Assembly: GCA_973895155.1 (NCBI GenBank)
Contig: OZ316894.1
Coordinates: 3,992,944 to 4,056,943, forward strand
From: Marsupella aquatica
Lineage: Eukaryota > Plantae > Marchantiophyta
Length of the DNA: 64,000 bases
Direction of reading: 5' to 3'
The notes under the pieces were generated by a model that was given only the letters and a program-made list of their open reading frames with translations, had not been told where the DNA came from and made no database searches. Both the position numbers and the translations under genes were made by a program. Of this stretch, positions 1 through 12,170 are shown one piece after another. Each line of letters begins with the position of its first letter. Position 1 is the first letter of the stretch.

Positions 1-30
1 TAGGATGCTAGAAGAGAATAGTTTCTAAAC

Positions 31-1726
31 CTAGAATTTGTACGAGACACGCAGAATGTCACCGACATTTCTGCGCTTCATTAACACTACATTGCAGAGC
101 AGATTATGCTCGTAGAAACCCTTGCCACCCCGAAGGTGCCTGTCCAGAGGTCAACAACGACAACAATTTTCTTCAGTAAGCTGATAAAAGAGAGACAACC
201 CAAGGGACCACCTTCCCCATATATTAAGACTTCTGATTTCATCGATATCAATTTCGCAATTAAAGTTCCGCAAATGACCAAAGGTGATGATTTCAGAAAG
301 GGCCCTCTTTCAACGCTCCACTTCAGCAAGTATGGTGGACGAATCGACTCAGACCATCACTGACAGAAGAAGCTTACTTGTCAAGTATTACCCAGGTTGC
401 CTCCATATCCTCTGCTTGTTGAACAACCATATACTTCGTACGTCCGGCTACTATTTTCACATCAAGATTGACCTGCATTCACAGATGGCAGAGCGAATTC
501 GTCAAACCATAAGAAACGCACCACAACCGCTTTCGTGGAATGAAACATGATTGACTACGATTATATAGAGGTGGAGAAGGCAAATCTGTAAACAGTTCCG
601 AGTGTCTGAGCTTGCAGCCAATTTTAGTGGCCTAACAATGACACGGCAGCTTAAGTTGAGTTTCAAAAGTGGGGAAACCCTGGCTACAAAAATCCAGGCA
701 ACTCCCAAAACGCATGAATAGCAACCCTGTTCGCAATTTACTTCTTAGGATACTCTAGTTCACAATGAATTCGTTGAGGCCCAACAAACGTCCATCTGAA
801 AGCCGTGAACTTACTCCTTTCTTCTCACAGATTTTGTAAAAATGTTGGAGCATGCTCAAATTCTGGAACACTTCCTTCTTTTTTGATACTTCGTCTTCAA
901 CGAGTTGATGCTGGTGTAGGTACTCCTCACTACCCCGCCAGCAGGCGGCTGAATAGAAGGAAGAAGAATATAGATGAGAATGACACTACCCACTATTCAA
1001 CAGGTTATTACAGCGTTTAAGAAGAAATCCAATGTTATGTCGTGAGATTCATATCCTGTGAACGAAGTGCTTTAGAATTTCAAAGGTAGAATTAAACCTC
1101 GGAGGTATTGGAAAATATTAAATTCAAGTAATGTGAACGAAGTGCCTTGGAGATCCAGACTACGTGCAGATTGACGCTCTCAACACTACCTCCGAAGTGA
1201 AGTGGGTCCAGGTAGAATGAAACAATGGGAGTCGGAACCCCCGAGAACTAGCTCGGAAAAGCCCCTTTCCCAATGCGTGTATTTGTATACATGTTCTAAA
1301 ACAAAAAAGAATTGTTACTAGCTATCGGAAACAGCGGAACTCTCAATCAAAGACTGCAGCAAATTACAGGGGTAAACCAGAGGCACTCGGTTATCAAGAA
1401 GAAGGTACTCAAGCTTTGCGTTTAGAACACATACAAATTCTTGTCATTAGCGCTTGCAGCAATGCTTTCGTATTTACTCCGCACAGAAAATCGCCATCTG
1501 GAATAACTCCGAGAAGAGTTACAGTATCTCCATCCTGAACGACGTTAATCAAAGCCCACTCTAAAGCGTCCATGGTAAGATCCTTTGTTGCATCAACCGC
1601 CACCATCACTCTCACAGCTTCCCCATTCCCCCTGCGTGGCGACCCCTGTGGAGGCCCCTCCCCTTCCGAAAGCCATCCGTCGTAGGTCTCCAGCTCCGTC
1701 TCGGCATCCAGGAGAGACGCCGTCAT
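31..1726 (-). CDS. Spliced gene for a USP-like (adenine nucleotide alpha-hydrolase fold) domain protein, of the type found N-terminal in plant cytoplasmic receptor-like kinases; inferred exons 1726-1435, 948-815, 472-378, 139-31 (209 aa if the TAG at 33-31 is the true end)
   Basis: Exon peptides VMVAVDATKDLTMDALEWALINVVQDGDTVTLLGVIP / EDEVSKKKEVFQNLSMLQHFYKICEKKG / VNLDVKIVAG..MVVQQAEDMEATWVILDK / HL..LLCNVVLMKR. All junctions are GT-AG and phase-consistent (630 nt total). The gene could splice on beyond the window edge. Confidence 0.75.
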
Positions 1727-2079
1727 GATGCCCTGTAGCTTCAAATTACCACACGCTCCAAATTAGCTAAAAGCTCCAAATGCACTAAAAACAACAAATC
1801 ACCCCAAAGCTCCAAAGTTATGACCGATGATGATGATCATAAAGATGTTCTACTTTGGCAGGCCCCCTAATCGGTGTTCCCTTTCCGTTTCTTTTGAGTT
1901 CTTTCCAGGAATAGTGAAGAACCCAAAATGCGCTGACTACTCTCGTCCTTCGAGTGCCTTCCAGGATGAGAGAACGGACTTGGCAAATACAGTATGTATA
2001 CTGTTTGCCGAAGGTCTGAAAAGGCAAAAGACGCGTAAAGAGGCCACAAGGCGGAGGACGTGGCGTCAAATTCACCCTA

Positions 2080-2950
2080 AAGCTCCGAGTGTGACCACCT
2101 CCTACTGTCCTTCTACACAGCCTCCGTTCGAGAGAAACAGTCGATACGTCCAAGAGTCCCGTTCCTTCTCAATTTTTTGAAGCCCTTTCATACACAAGAG
2201 ACTTAATGACCGAATTTTGCACAAAAACCGTCCAGACCGCTCCGAACAACTACTCACCCAATTCCAATGCCTTCCAGGAAAACGGAAAGGCAAGGAATTC
2301 CCGCCCAAACCTAATTAGTCTGCCGCTCTCTTTTCCTCAAACCTAATCGACAAATCCACTGAAATCGCTCTCTTCTGCTCAAGGACTGGAGACGTTCGAG
2401 TTCCTCCCAAAAAACCGACGGATTGAATTCCCTACAAACACAAACAAGAGCTCCGAGTGTGACCACCTACTGCTGTCCTTCTACACAGCCTCTCGTCGAG
2501 AGCAACAGTCCATACAGTCAACAGTCCGGTTCTTTCTCAATTTCTTGAAGCTCTTTCCTGCAAAAGACTTAATGACCGAATTATGGCCAGAACCGTCCAG
2601 ACTGCTCCGGACCGCTGCTTATTGCATTCGAGTGCCTTCCAGGAAAAGGGAGAGGCAATGAATTCCCGCCCAAACCTACAACTCAGCCGCTCTCTTCACC
2701 TCAAACCTATAATCCACTGAAATCGCACACTTCTGCTCAGACTGAAGACGGATTGAATTCCCTAAAGAAGCAAACAAGAGCACCTGCTCTCTTCACACCG
2801 AAGACGGTAAACAAATCCACTTAAAATCGACTGCAGGCATTCAAGTTCCTCCCAGAGAACAGGCAGGCGATGAAATCCAGCTCAAAACTTACCTAGACTC
2901 CCGCCCTCTTCACACCAAACGCAACAAACCGATCCACTGAAATCGCTCTC
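2080..2950. repeat. Degenerate tandem duplication (~370-bp unit plus shorter derivatives) upstream of the USP-domain gene
   Basis: gctccgagtgtgaccacct...tgtccttctacacagcctc recurs at ~2082 and ~2450. An aatccactgaaatcgc-like motif recurs at ~2353, 2711, 2815 and 2932. Confidence 0.7.
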
Positions 2951-3491
2951 CGCTGTGCAACGACTGAAGGAGCTGATTGACGAGAAGGCGCCGCGAGGAT
3001 GAGTCGTTGTTGTCGCCGAAGTTGGAGTCCACACCCTCTTCTTTCATTTCTCTACTTTCATCTCTCTTCCCTCTAATGTCAAGTTTGAGTTCTCTCTTCT
3101 CTTCTCATCGTTTCTTCTAGTGGATTGTCGAGTCAGGGCACCCCCTCACAGTGAGGGCGAAAGTTCCCCGTTCTCCTATGAAACTCGAGAACAGCTGTTT
3201 TCCCAGTCCTCAGATAGGGCCCACGGAGCAGTGGAGAAGAGTCTAGCGCTACCGTGTCTAAGTGCAGCCTCGTGGGACGACACCCCAAAATCTGTAATTA
3301 TCAGGTTATACATACACTATGTCATAAGTGCATGAAATTGTATCATTTGTGCACTTCTCTATATATGCATGCTGCACTTTTCAATAAGTGCATGTGAAAT
3401 AGCTTATGCACTTCTGCAAGTGTCTTGTTAGGTCATACACATGGGACTTCTCATACCCCTAATCCTCAAAATGCACAATTCAATTGGATAA

Positions 3492-3757
3492 GAGCATCTT
3501 GACCGCTGACAGGGTTTCCTTGCCCTATACATTTAATATAATACAAGCAACATAATCAGACAGCTGAATTTGGGATCCTGGGTTGGGATGGGCTAAAGGC
3601 CTAACGGGGTTCATCTATGAGCAACCCCACCGAATACAAGATAGTTTCCTACACTATTTCAAATAGCACGTGTTACGGAGCCTGCCAAGCACCTGGTAGC
3701 TTATGGTGCTAGGACTGCATTAGCGTAACCAAACCCCCGTAACCGTTGGAGATGCTC
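3492..3757. mobile_element. Tourist-like (PIF/Harbinger) MITE
   Basis: Imperfect TIRs gagcatcttgaccg / cgttggagatgctc, with TAA on both flanks (3489-3491, 3758-3760). It interrupts a local taagtgcatg motif. Confidence 0.7.
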
Positions 3758-4744
3758 TAAGTGCATGGAACTATCATGTGTAGTTGTCTGCTGCACTTAT
3801 CAATAAGTGCTTCTAACATAGCAGTAATTAATTCATGCATGTGCATGCGCTCATATAGACATAAATTAATGCACTTATGATTGTATTTCTGATTTAGTGA
3901 TGTCAACTTGCACTTAAAGATTGTGTATGTTTTAGTGCTTTTACAAAGAAAACTGCTAGAATATTAGGGGACTACACAAGCAAACTGCAGTTACCCATGG
4001 AATCCACTTCTACACAGTGCACGGTAGAATGTCGTCATGTACCCATGTGAGGATTAACACGAATGGATCCATGCAGGGAAAAAAGAGGGGAAAATGGACC
4101 CATGAGACAAAAGAGAGGAGGAATAGACCCGTGCTAAGGTGAAGCATTTGTCCACGGCTATAGTTAGCCTAGTTGAGTTCCTGAGTATGGGTTCCTGCTA
4201 GTATTATCCAAGCATGGGGAAAATAAAGCTCGGATGGAATGAGGGGTTTGTTGTGGAACAGTGGATGGACTTCCAAAGCTTGGATGGACTGGCACACTGG
4301 CTGGCACAAAATGCCAAAATATATTCTAGTAACACCTTTTATAATTTTGACTCACATCTGACCTGTGAAGAGACTCTGACTTGATTCTTTCCTTTAATTG
4401 CCAAACTACTCAGAGAGTTTTAACTTCACAAAACTGAAGGCAGTGCCATTCCCAATCTTGGTAATCTGTTGCTCATGCTCCAACTACTCTGAGTGTCCTT
4501 CAGAAGCGACATTTCCATTGGCAGCTGGTTCATTATGCTAGCATTTGACCATTTTTGTGCTCATCAGAAGTGCAACAAATGAGATAATTGACAGGACTGG
4601 AGAAAACATGATGGCAAATTTGAGATTACTTAGGGAGAGATCCAAAAGTTATCAAAATAAATGCACAACTTCAAGTCCATTCAATAGGAATGGACTTGTC
4701 CAAAAGTAATAGGGACATGATTGGGTGCCACTTTTTATGGTCAA

Positions 4745-6050
4745 CTAGCTCAATACCTGTGCGTTGCACAAAAGATGTCATCACGGCCAAGATGTCATTG
4801 AGAACAAAAGAGGTCATGTCGGCCAAGAGGTTGTTGAGAAGAAAGATGTCGTGTTGCCCAAGATGTTGTTGAGAACAAAAGATGTCGTGTCGGCCAAAAT
4901 GTCGGTGATAACAAAATATGGCATGTCGGCCAAGAGGTCGTTCAGAACAAAAGATGTCGTGTTGACCCCGGTGTTGACCACGATGTCATGTCGGCCATGA
5001 ATTGGTTGAGAAAAGAGATTCCGTGTCGACCAAGAGATTGTTGAGAAAAAATGTTGTATTGGCCAAGAGGTCGTTGAGAAAAATGATGTCGTGTCGGCCA
5101 AGATCTCATTGATTAAAAAGACGTCGTATCGGCCAAGAAGTCATTGAGACAAAGGATGTCGTGTTGGCAAAGAAGTCGTTGAGAAAAAAGATGTCATGTC
5201 GGCCAAGACGTCGTTGAGAAAAAAGATGTTGTGTCGGCCAAGACATCACTGAGAAAAAGATGTTGTGTCGGCCAAGACGTCATTGAGAAAACAGATGTTG
5301 TGTTGGCCAAGACGTCGTTGAGGAAAAATACCCGTGCATTGCACAAAAGATTTTGTGTCGCCCAAAATGTAAAAGATGTCATTATGTGAAAGATGGCGTT
5401 AAGAAAAAGTTGTCATTTTGCCAAAATAAGTTATTGTGAAGTAAATGATGTTATAAATAAAAAGGTGTTGTTTCACCCAATATGTCCTTAATATGTGAAA
5501 GATAGCTCAATACCCGTGCGTTGCACAAAAGATGTTGTCAACAAAAAAAGTGTCATGTTGCCAAAGATTTCGTTAAGAAAAAATATGTTGTGTTGCCAAA
5601 GATTTCGTTAAGAAAAAAGATGTCATGTTGCCAAAGATGTCGTTATAAAAACAGATGTCATGTTGCCAAAGATGTTGTTAAGAAAAAAGATGTCATGTTG
5701 CCAAAGACGTTGTTAAGAAAAAAGATGTCATGTAAGTTGCCAAAGATGTCGTTAATATGTGAAAGATGTTGTGAAGTAAGAAGATGTCATTAAGAACTAT
5801 GATGTCGTGTTCGAGGTCGTGTTGCCAAAGGTGTCGTGAAGAAAAAATGTTCTTATGTGAAAAATGTCGTGAAGTAAAAAGATGTCGTTGCGCCAAAGAT
5901 GTCTTTATGTCTAAGATGTCGTCAGGTAAAAGATGATGTTTCACCAAAGATGTTATTAAGTATAAAATGGCCGATAAGTAAAGGATGTCGTCAGACAAAG
6001 ATGTAAGTTGTGAAGTAAAAGATGTTCTTAAGTACAATTGAAAATATTGC
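4745..6050 (-). mobile_element. Non-autonomous Helitron 3' region with AAGATGTC-type minisatellite
   Basis: Reverse complement of the plant Helitron 3' end (GTGCAACGCAC hairpin then CTAG) at 4745-4770, with further hairpin copies at ~5330 and ~5505. These are followed by degenerate ~18/36-bp repeats (aagatgtcgtgtcggcc aagaggtcgttgagaaaa). Confidence 0.65.
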
Positions 6051-8312
6051 TAGTAAACCATGTTAAGTTAAGTAAAAAAGTTGTTAAGTTGTTGCCACTT
6101 TTTTGCCACCCCTTGCATCCTGAAGCCCCATTGATAACCCCAAAGTTTTTGTTACGTTATTAAGCTTTTTGCTGAAAGTTAGCATCATTGGCCGCTTACT
6201 TAAAACTTCTTACTCAAAGTCGCCGTAATAGCTTAATTGGCGTTGTCTGCCCCGATGTCGAGACCCCCTGGGGGAACGGCGCTGCTTGGCTGACTTTTCA
6301 ATGGCCCTTTCCCTGCACTTGCATATATCTTGGAACCTTATCAGTAACCCCAATTTTTTGGTTACTTTAAGCTTAGTTTGATTAAAGTTGACTGCGGCCG
6401 CTTTCTTGGCTTTGGCCGCCCCAACGCCAATTCCCCTTGAGGCAACGGCACGACTCAGCCCACTTTTCAACAAAACAATTTGCCTACCCCTTGCATGGAA
6501 CCCCTTGGTAACCTCATCCAAGTTTACTCGGCTCCTTAGTCGCCAATACCATGCCCCCTTGGGATAGTGGTGTGGTTTGCAACACTTTCCAATATTGGAG
6601 GACCTGCCACCCCCAGACCAACTTTGGTCCAGATATTTTGGCCCCCACCCCATGCCTCTTCCTGTGGTAAACTAAGGGGCAAGATTGAGTTAGGGTTGGA
6701 GATGGACTTTGGGGTCCCGGGTGTAAACCATTAATTTTTGTTTTTAGCCAATGTGGCAAATGTCAGCCTCTCAAAGGTAGGAGATGCTAGGAGTATTCTT
6801 CCACAATTTTTCTTGAATTATATCCTATTAGTCAGATATCCCCAGATTTACATACAACTGTTAGATTTTGGCAAATGAGGTCCATGATTTGGTGGGAGAG
6901 TGACCAATGGTATGCAAAAAATCGAGCAAATTTTTGGCAAAAATGGCGAAAAAAGTGGTGAACACATTTTGGGAAGATAGAAGTTGGCAAAAACTTGCAC
7001 CAAAAAAATACATTTATTGGATCGAGGCTAGGGCCGTCTCAGGAGTTATCATTGCTTCTTCTTCACTCTCCCTCTTCTGGCCATTCAGTAGTTGTTGTTG
7101 CTTAAAAGTTCTCATTTAAATGCCAGAAGCCCTTGTGAGCTCACATAGGCTTTGAATACTTAGAGAACTTTAAACTCCCAAGGGAAAGAAGCTACGCTCC
7201 TCCCTTTCTCTTAAAAGTTGTACTCTGCTGGTACAACTGTACCTCTAGAGGACCTCTATCCCCTTTGTATCTTGTACTTGGGCTCCCAAGAGTAATGAGC
7301 TCATATGTCTGTACCTGAAGGTACAATAGTACTTGTCTTGTGCATCTTTGTGTACCTGGTTTGTGTACACCCAGCCCTGTACCAGGTTTTTTCACGTTCC
7401 TTTTTTTTTCCTTCCCCTTATTGGTTCCATATTTACAGGTTTTAATTATTCTCACCCAAAAGGACACTCCAAATTTGAATGACGACCATGCCATTTTTTG
7501 GCGCAACTGTGTATTATAGTTTAGGATACACTGTTGACCACAGGACTGTAATCAACAACAGCAGGGCGGGGAAGTGGGCCCTTTTATGTGCCTGGGGAGG
7601 TGTGGCTTAAGGTACAGCCTCCTTCCTTGTCAGATAATTTGGTTTCTCTATAACATAGTCCACACCGAGAGGCCAGAATAGTAATTCGTGCTTGAGTACA
7701 TATTAACCAGTATACGTTTGAGCTGCTGCCCTAATTGAATTTGTGCAATATTTGTAAAGCTTCAATTGCAGGGGTTACAAGGTCAAGCAGTATATCCAAT
7801 GGGATCCCACCCCATTTGTTTGAATTTCAGCTAGAAGTGCAGCCTTATATAATTGTGTCTCAAAGCTTAGCTATACTAGGATAAAGTCTCACCATAAAAG
7901 TTGTGAGAATCTATCTTTGGTCATTGTAAGGAAAACCTACAAGCTCAGCACTTAACCAATAGTCCTAGCAATGTTCTCATAAGTCCAGGGTCAACTTTGG
8001 AAATCTGGCAAGATGTGATTGAAGGCATGTGGACTTTGGGCTTGACATGATAGTAATGGCTGTGGCAATTAGGGGGACGACTGACCAAGGATGAAGAAAT
8101 ATGAAGATATGATGGATACGACAGCCGCAGAGTGAGCTGGTAACCCTAGCTTGGCTTCCAGGGCGGGTCAGTGTTATCTACCCTGGCCAGGCAATTAAAA
8201 AATCCTTACCTGTGTTTCATAACCACCAGAGTTAAGGGATTGATCTACTAGAAATTCAGCTAAAAATCCTTAACTTCAAGTCAAGGTCTAGCTTTGAGAA
8301 TTAAGCCCTGTT

Positions 8313-8529
8313 AGGGCATCTCAAAGCACTATGATAATCAAGGCTTTACGGCTTAAATTAATTAGCCTTAAATGACAAATTTTCCTGACATCCACTGTTT
8401 GGACGTCTGATCCTTAATGGGGCACCTTTATACATATCCCCCTAACTAAGGTTTTCTGTCCTAACCCATAAAACATTCAATGTCCTTGGCCATACTTAAC
8501 TCACTGACCATCCTCCTTTGACATGCCCT
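8313..8529. mobile_element. PIF/Harbinger-family MITE
   Basis: TIRs agggcatctcaaag / ctttgacatgccct. Flanks are gtt and att (ATT TSD with one mismatch). The TIR core resembles that of the 8.1-kb element at 36283. Confidence 0.6.
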
Positions 8530-8599
8530 ATTACGGAGTCTTAGACCTCAATTTAGTAGTTACGGTTATAAAAAAAAAAGGAATTAGGATTATGCACCT

Positions 8600-9900
8600 C
8601 AAAAAAGTAATGGACTACCAAATTCATAGTCAGTAACCTTTTGCCCTCAAAATTGGTAATTTGCTATGACCATAAGTCATGTTAGTAAAAAAACAAAATA
8701 AACCTTTAACATAAAAAAAATGAAAGCTATTTGTTTATGGCCAAAAGCCAGTGTCCCCAACTTTGAAGCTACTAGAATTAATTCGACTTGACTCTAACGT
8801 CACGCGAAACCCGACATTGGCCCACACGCATTGCAGGCGAAGGTGTGGGACCAGTGACGGAATTTGATCAGGATACCATCGATCGCTTCCGCTTCAGCAG
8901 ATTGAAGGACGTCTTGCACAGAAGCTGCGCGCAGCTCACCCAATTAATTCGATGTCTTAAAAAAAATTGCCCGACTTGAAGCCAAATTGGAGCCACGGAA
9001 TACGATGATTCTGACTCGATCGGCTTCCGGCCCACTGAGCAGAATGATTTCCAGCTGCAGGAAGTTCTTCACCGAATCTAGTTCTGCACAAGTTGTCCAA
9101 ACGGTCACGCATAACGCTGAGCTAGATGTTGGCTCCGTCTTCAGAACGGCAGACGTTCTCGAAATTGGATATGCCCGCGGAATCTGGTGGATGAGAGTTT
9201 GTGATAACATGGATGGCAAGGCGATCATGCCGGAGAAGATCCGAAGGAGGAGTACATAAGGAGGTCAAGGTCGAGGTGGTAGGTACCGTTCGGGCTTCAA
9301 TGGCAACTTGCGTGGATGGAGACCACAGACCTGGCCCCGCCATGACGAGGGAAAAGCACAACAGCATAAATACCCAAGTAAAAATACACGGACCTTAAAA
9401 ATACGGTAGTACATTCAAAATAAGCTGGTCAAGCCCTCATTTGGATTCCCTTGAGTAATTGGAGCCTTCATTCCAGAACTCACCAGATAGCTTCTTTGTT
9501 TCGCATGCGACATCACATCCACACTAATCACAACCCACCTGTTGAGATCAAGGTCTTGCGGACAAGGACGATCTTCACACTCAATTCTGAAGTGGCCTGA
9601 TTGCTAGATGAGCCGCTCATGATCGAGAGAAGCATTAATGATGTGAAAGGCATGCCCGCCCTCTTTTAGAAAATCCCTTGAAGTGGTTCACTCTTCTTGG
9701 TTCCAACCCCACCAGGAAATTAAGGTCTCCGGCCGTGCAGGTCGGAACAACATCTGATCTTCTAAGTTGTAATTGCTCCAGGAAGTGCTGCCTCCCTCTC
9801 CATGAGAAGTTATGAGCGACGGTTTACTTGGAAGAAAGGGTTCAAATAAACATATTAAATAAAATATATGTTGTAGCTTACACAAACTCAAACTCATTTT
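8600..9900 (+). repeat. Diverged, internally deleted copy of repeated module M
   Basis: aatggactaccaaattcatagtc and the segment tgcacaagttgtcca..acggtcacgcataac...gaaatctggtgga-like...ggatggagaccac match 17095-18130. 9590-9900 matches the reverse complement of 46800-47130 (tcttggttccaaccccaccaggaaattaa). Confidence 0.7.
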
Positions 9901-10649
9901 ATTACCAAACTTCAGTCATACTACGCTAAGCATTTCCACACTGACAGATAGATCATGATTTCTCCGAAGACTCTTCCTGGACCAGATGTTTAAGACACCT
10001 ACGGTATGCAAAACATACCAACTAAATTACAATGAAGAAGTTATGCGCTGCAAAAAGCACCTGGAAAACCGTCAAAAGGAACCGTCGAACTTACAGGAAC
10101 AACCAAGTCTCGCCAACGCTATTGGAAGGTCAGACACGAGAGACCTAGCAAATCCTGATTTCATTATTTGTTTAAGTTTTAGATCATACAAAGCTACTGT
10201 AGCTGTCGTAGCACACTTTAGGATTGCTGTAGAGGGTAATCTCGTCCGAGTACTTAACTACTGTAGTGCTCATTGTGACTCGCACACTTCAAGAAATTAT
10301 AATCGGTCATGTCTAGCCTTTCACCTTCATACATTGTCACTAGTACATTTTTGGGGGTTTCTATGTCTATCTGGGTCGCAACGTACTTCTTTTTCAACTA
10401 TTTGATAATGACTGGTCGATCAGAGATTGTAATTGCACGCTTCTTTCCCAGACTTCTCGACATGGGCTTAGAGAACCCCACCATGGGAACCGTTTCACTT
10501 CTCGTTTAATCATCAACATGACTTTCGACTTAGGGGAACAGAACCTTTCAACCCCGGCCCAATGACCGGCACCAGCGTATCGTCAGCAAGGGGAGCGGGG
10601 GGTGGGGGGGGGGGGGGCAAGGAATAGAAGACGCCAAGTTATGAATCAA

Positions 10650-12170
10650 CTAGCCCCATGCCCGTGCGTTGCACGAAAGACTTCGAGTGAAGGCAAGATG
10701 TCGAGGTGAGGGCAAGATTTGGAGGCGAGGGCAAGATGTCGAGGTGAGGGCAAGATGTCGAGGAGAGGGCAAGATGTCAAGGAGAGGGCAAGATGTCAAG
10801 GTGAGGGTAAGATTTGGAGGTGAGGGCAAGATGTCGAGGAGAGGGTAAGATTTTGGAGGTGAGGGTAAGGTAAGATTTTGAGGCGAGGCAAACATGGTTG
10901 TGCATTGCAAACATGTATTCAGGCAAATTAAAAGTCAAACAGATTAATACAAATTAAAGTGATAGAATCTTAATTCACCCGTTCAATAAAGAACCTCATC
11001 ATATACAATTTTTTTGTCAACCTTGCTTGACCCTCCTTGCAATCCGAAAGTAAAACCTTGATAGTTGTAGGAGATATTGCCCTTGAAATGCTGCATACAA
11101 CTGTCCGTGCCTAAATGCAGGGGCTTTGAAAGTTGTAACCCTAGTACATGTTCTAAAGTCTAACAGACCTTGAACTTTGTTTATGGCCCGGTTTATGGTC
11201 ATTGCATATGCCACTCAAACGGGAAATTGGACCCTATGAAATAAAAAAGGAAGTGATTTGTCATATGTCAACAGAATCCATGGGATAAATGTAAGGGTCC
11301 CTGCATATTTTCCTGCAATAACTCAATGCCCGTGCATTGCATGAAAGATGTCGAGCCGACCAAAGATGTCGAGGAGATAAATGATGTCAAAGTGAACAAA
11401 AGATGTCGAGGAGAGAAAACTATCAAGGTAAGCAAAAGATGTCCAAGTGATAAAACATGTCAAAGAGAGAAAAAGATGTCAAGGCGAGCAAAAGATGTCA
11501 AGGTGATAAATGTAAGCATGTTTTCCTGCAAGAACCCAATGCCCGTGCGTTGCACGAAAGATGTCGAGGTGACAAAAGATGTCAAAGAGAGAAAAAAATG
11601 TCAAGGTGATAAAAGATTCAAGGTGAGCAAACGATGTCAAGGTGATAAAACATGTAAAGGAGAGAAAAGATGTCCAGGTGAGCAAAAGATGTCATGGTAA
11701 GCAAAATATGTTGAGGAGAGCAAAAGATTTCAAGGAGAGACAATATGCCAAGGTGAACAAAAGATGCCAAGGTGAGAAAAAAATGTTGAGGTGAGCAAAA
11801 AATGTTGAGGTGAGCAAAAAATGTTGAGATGAGAAAATATGTCAAAGAGAGAAAAAGATGGTGAGATGAGAAAAAGATTTTGAGAAGAGAAAAAAATCGA
11901 GGAGAGAAAAGATGTCAACATGAGTGAAAGAGATAAAAACATTTTGAGAGAAGCAAAAGATGTAGGCAAGGCAAAGATGTGAAGGCAAAAGAAGACAAAA
12001 ATGTCAAGGCATGCTTAATGTACATTGCATTGAGGCCAAGATTTGAGAACATTTTGACTCGAGGTAAAGAAATGCTATAAGATGCAAGTGAGCCAAAGAA
12101 TTGTAGATAATGTAAATTAATGTAAGCGAGGCAAGAACGTTGTTTAGACATCTCATATGTTGTTGCGACC
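10650..12170 (-). mobile_element. Helitron remnant: 3' terminus, 18-bp minisatellites and helicase fragment
   Basis: The minus strand reads cgtgcaacgcacgggcatggggCTAG, ending at 10650 and followed by T. Extra hairpin copies lie at ~11325 and ~11540. 18-bp repeats occur at 10680-10890 (gcaagatgtcgaggtgagg) and 11345-12010 (aaaagatgtcaaggtgag). The far boundary is approximate. Confidence 0.8.
10990..11300 (-). pseudogene. C-terminal fragment of a Helitron Pif1-family helicase
   Basis: QFPV*VAYAMTIN...KVQG...PAFRHGQLYAA matches the Pif1/RepHel motifs QFPxxLAFAMTINKSQG and VFSHGQLYVA. Stops and frameshifts are present. Confidence 0.8.

Noticed and set aside
3290-3990. taagtgca/tgcactta repeats in both orientations, suggesting CACTA subterminal repeats
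   Set aside because: No matching CACTA/CACTG terminal pair or TSD was found.
4690-6040. Regularly spaced repeats (CRISPR-like look) and Lys/Cys/Thr-rich ORFs
   Set aside because: Degenerate tandem minisatellite without unique spacers, in a eukaryotic Helitron context. The ORFs are by-products of the repeat.
10590-10618. G-runs (also at 29518-29545) as possible G-quadruplex elements
   Set aside because: Low-complexity runs at TE junctions with no supporting context.
11326-11969. KDV/KRC-rich and Phe-rich ORFs on both strands
   Set aside because: Translations of the 18-bp minisatellite.
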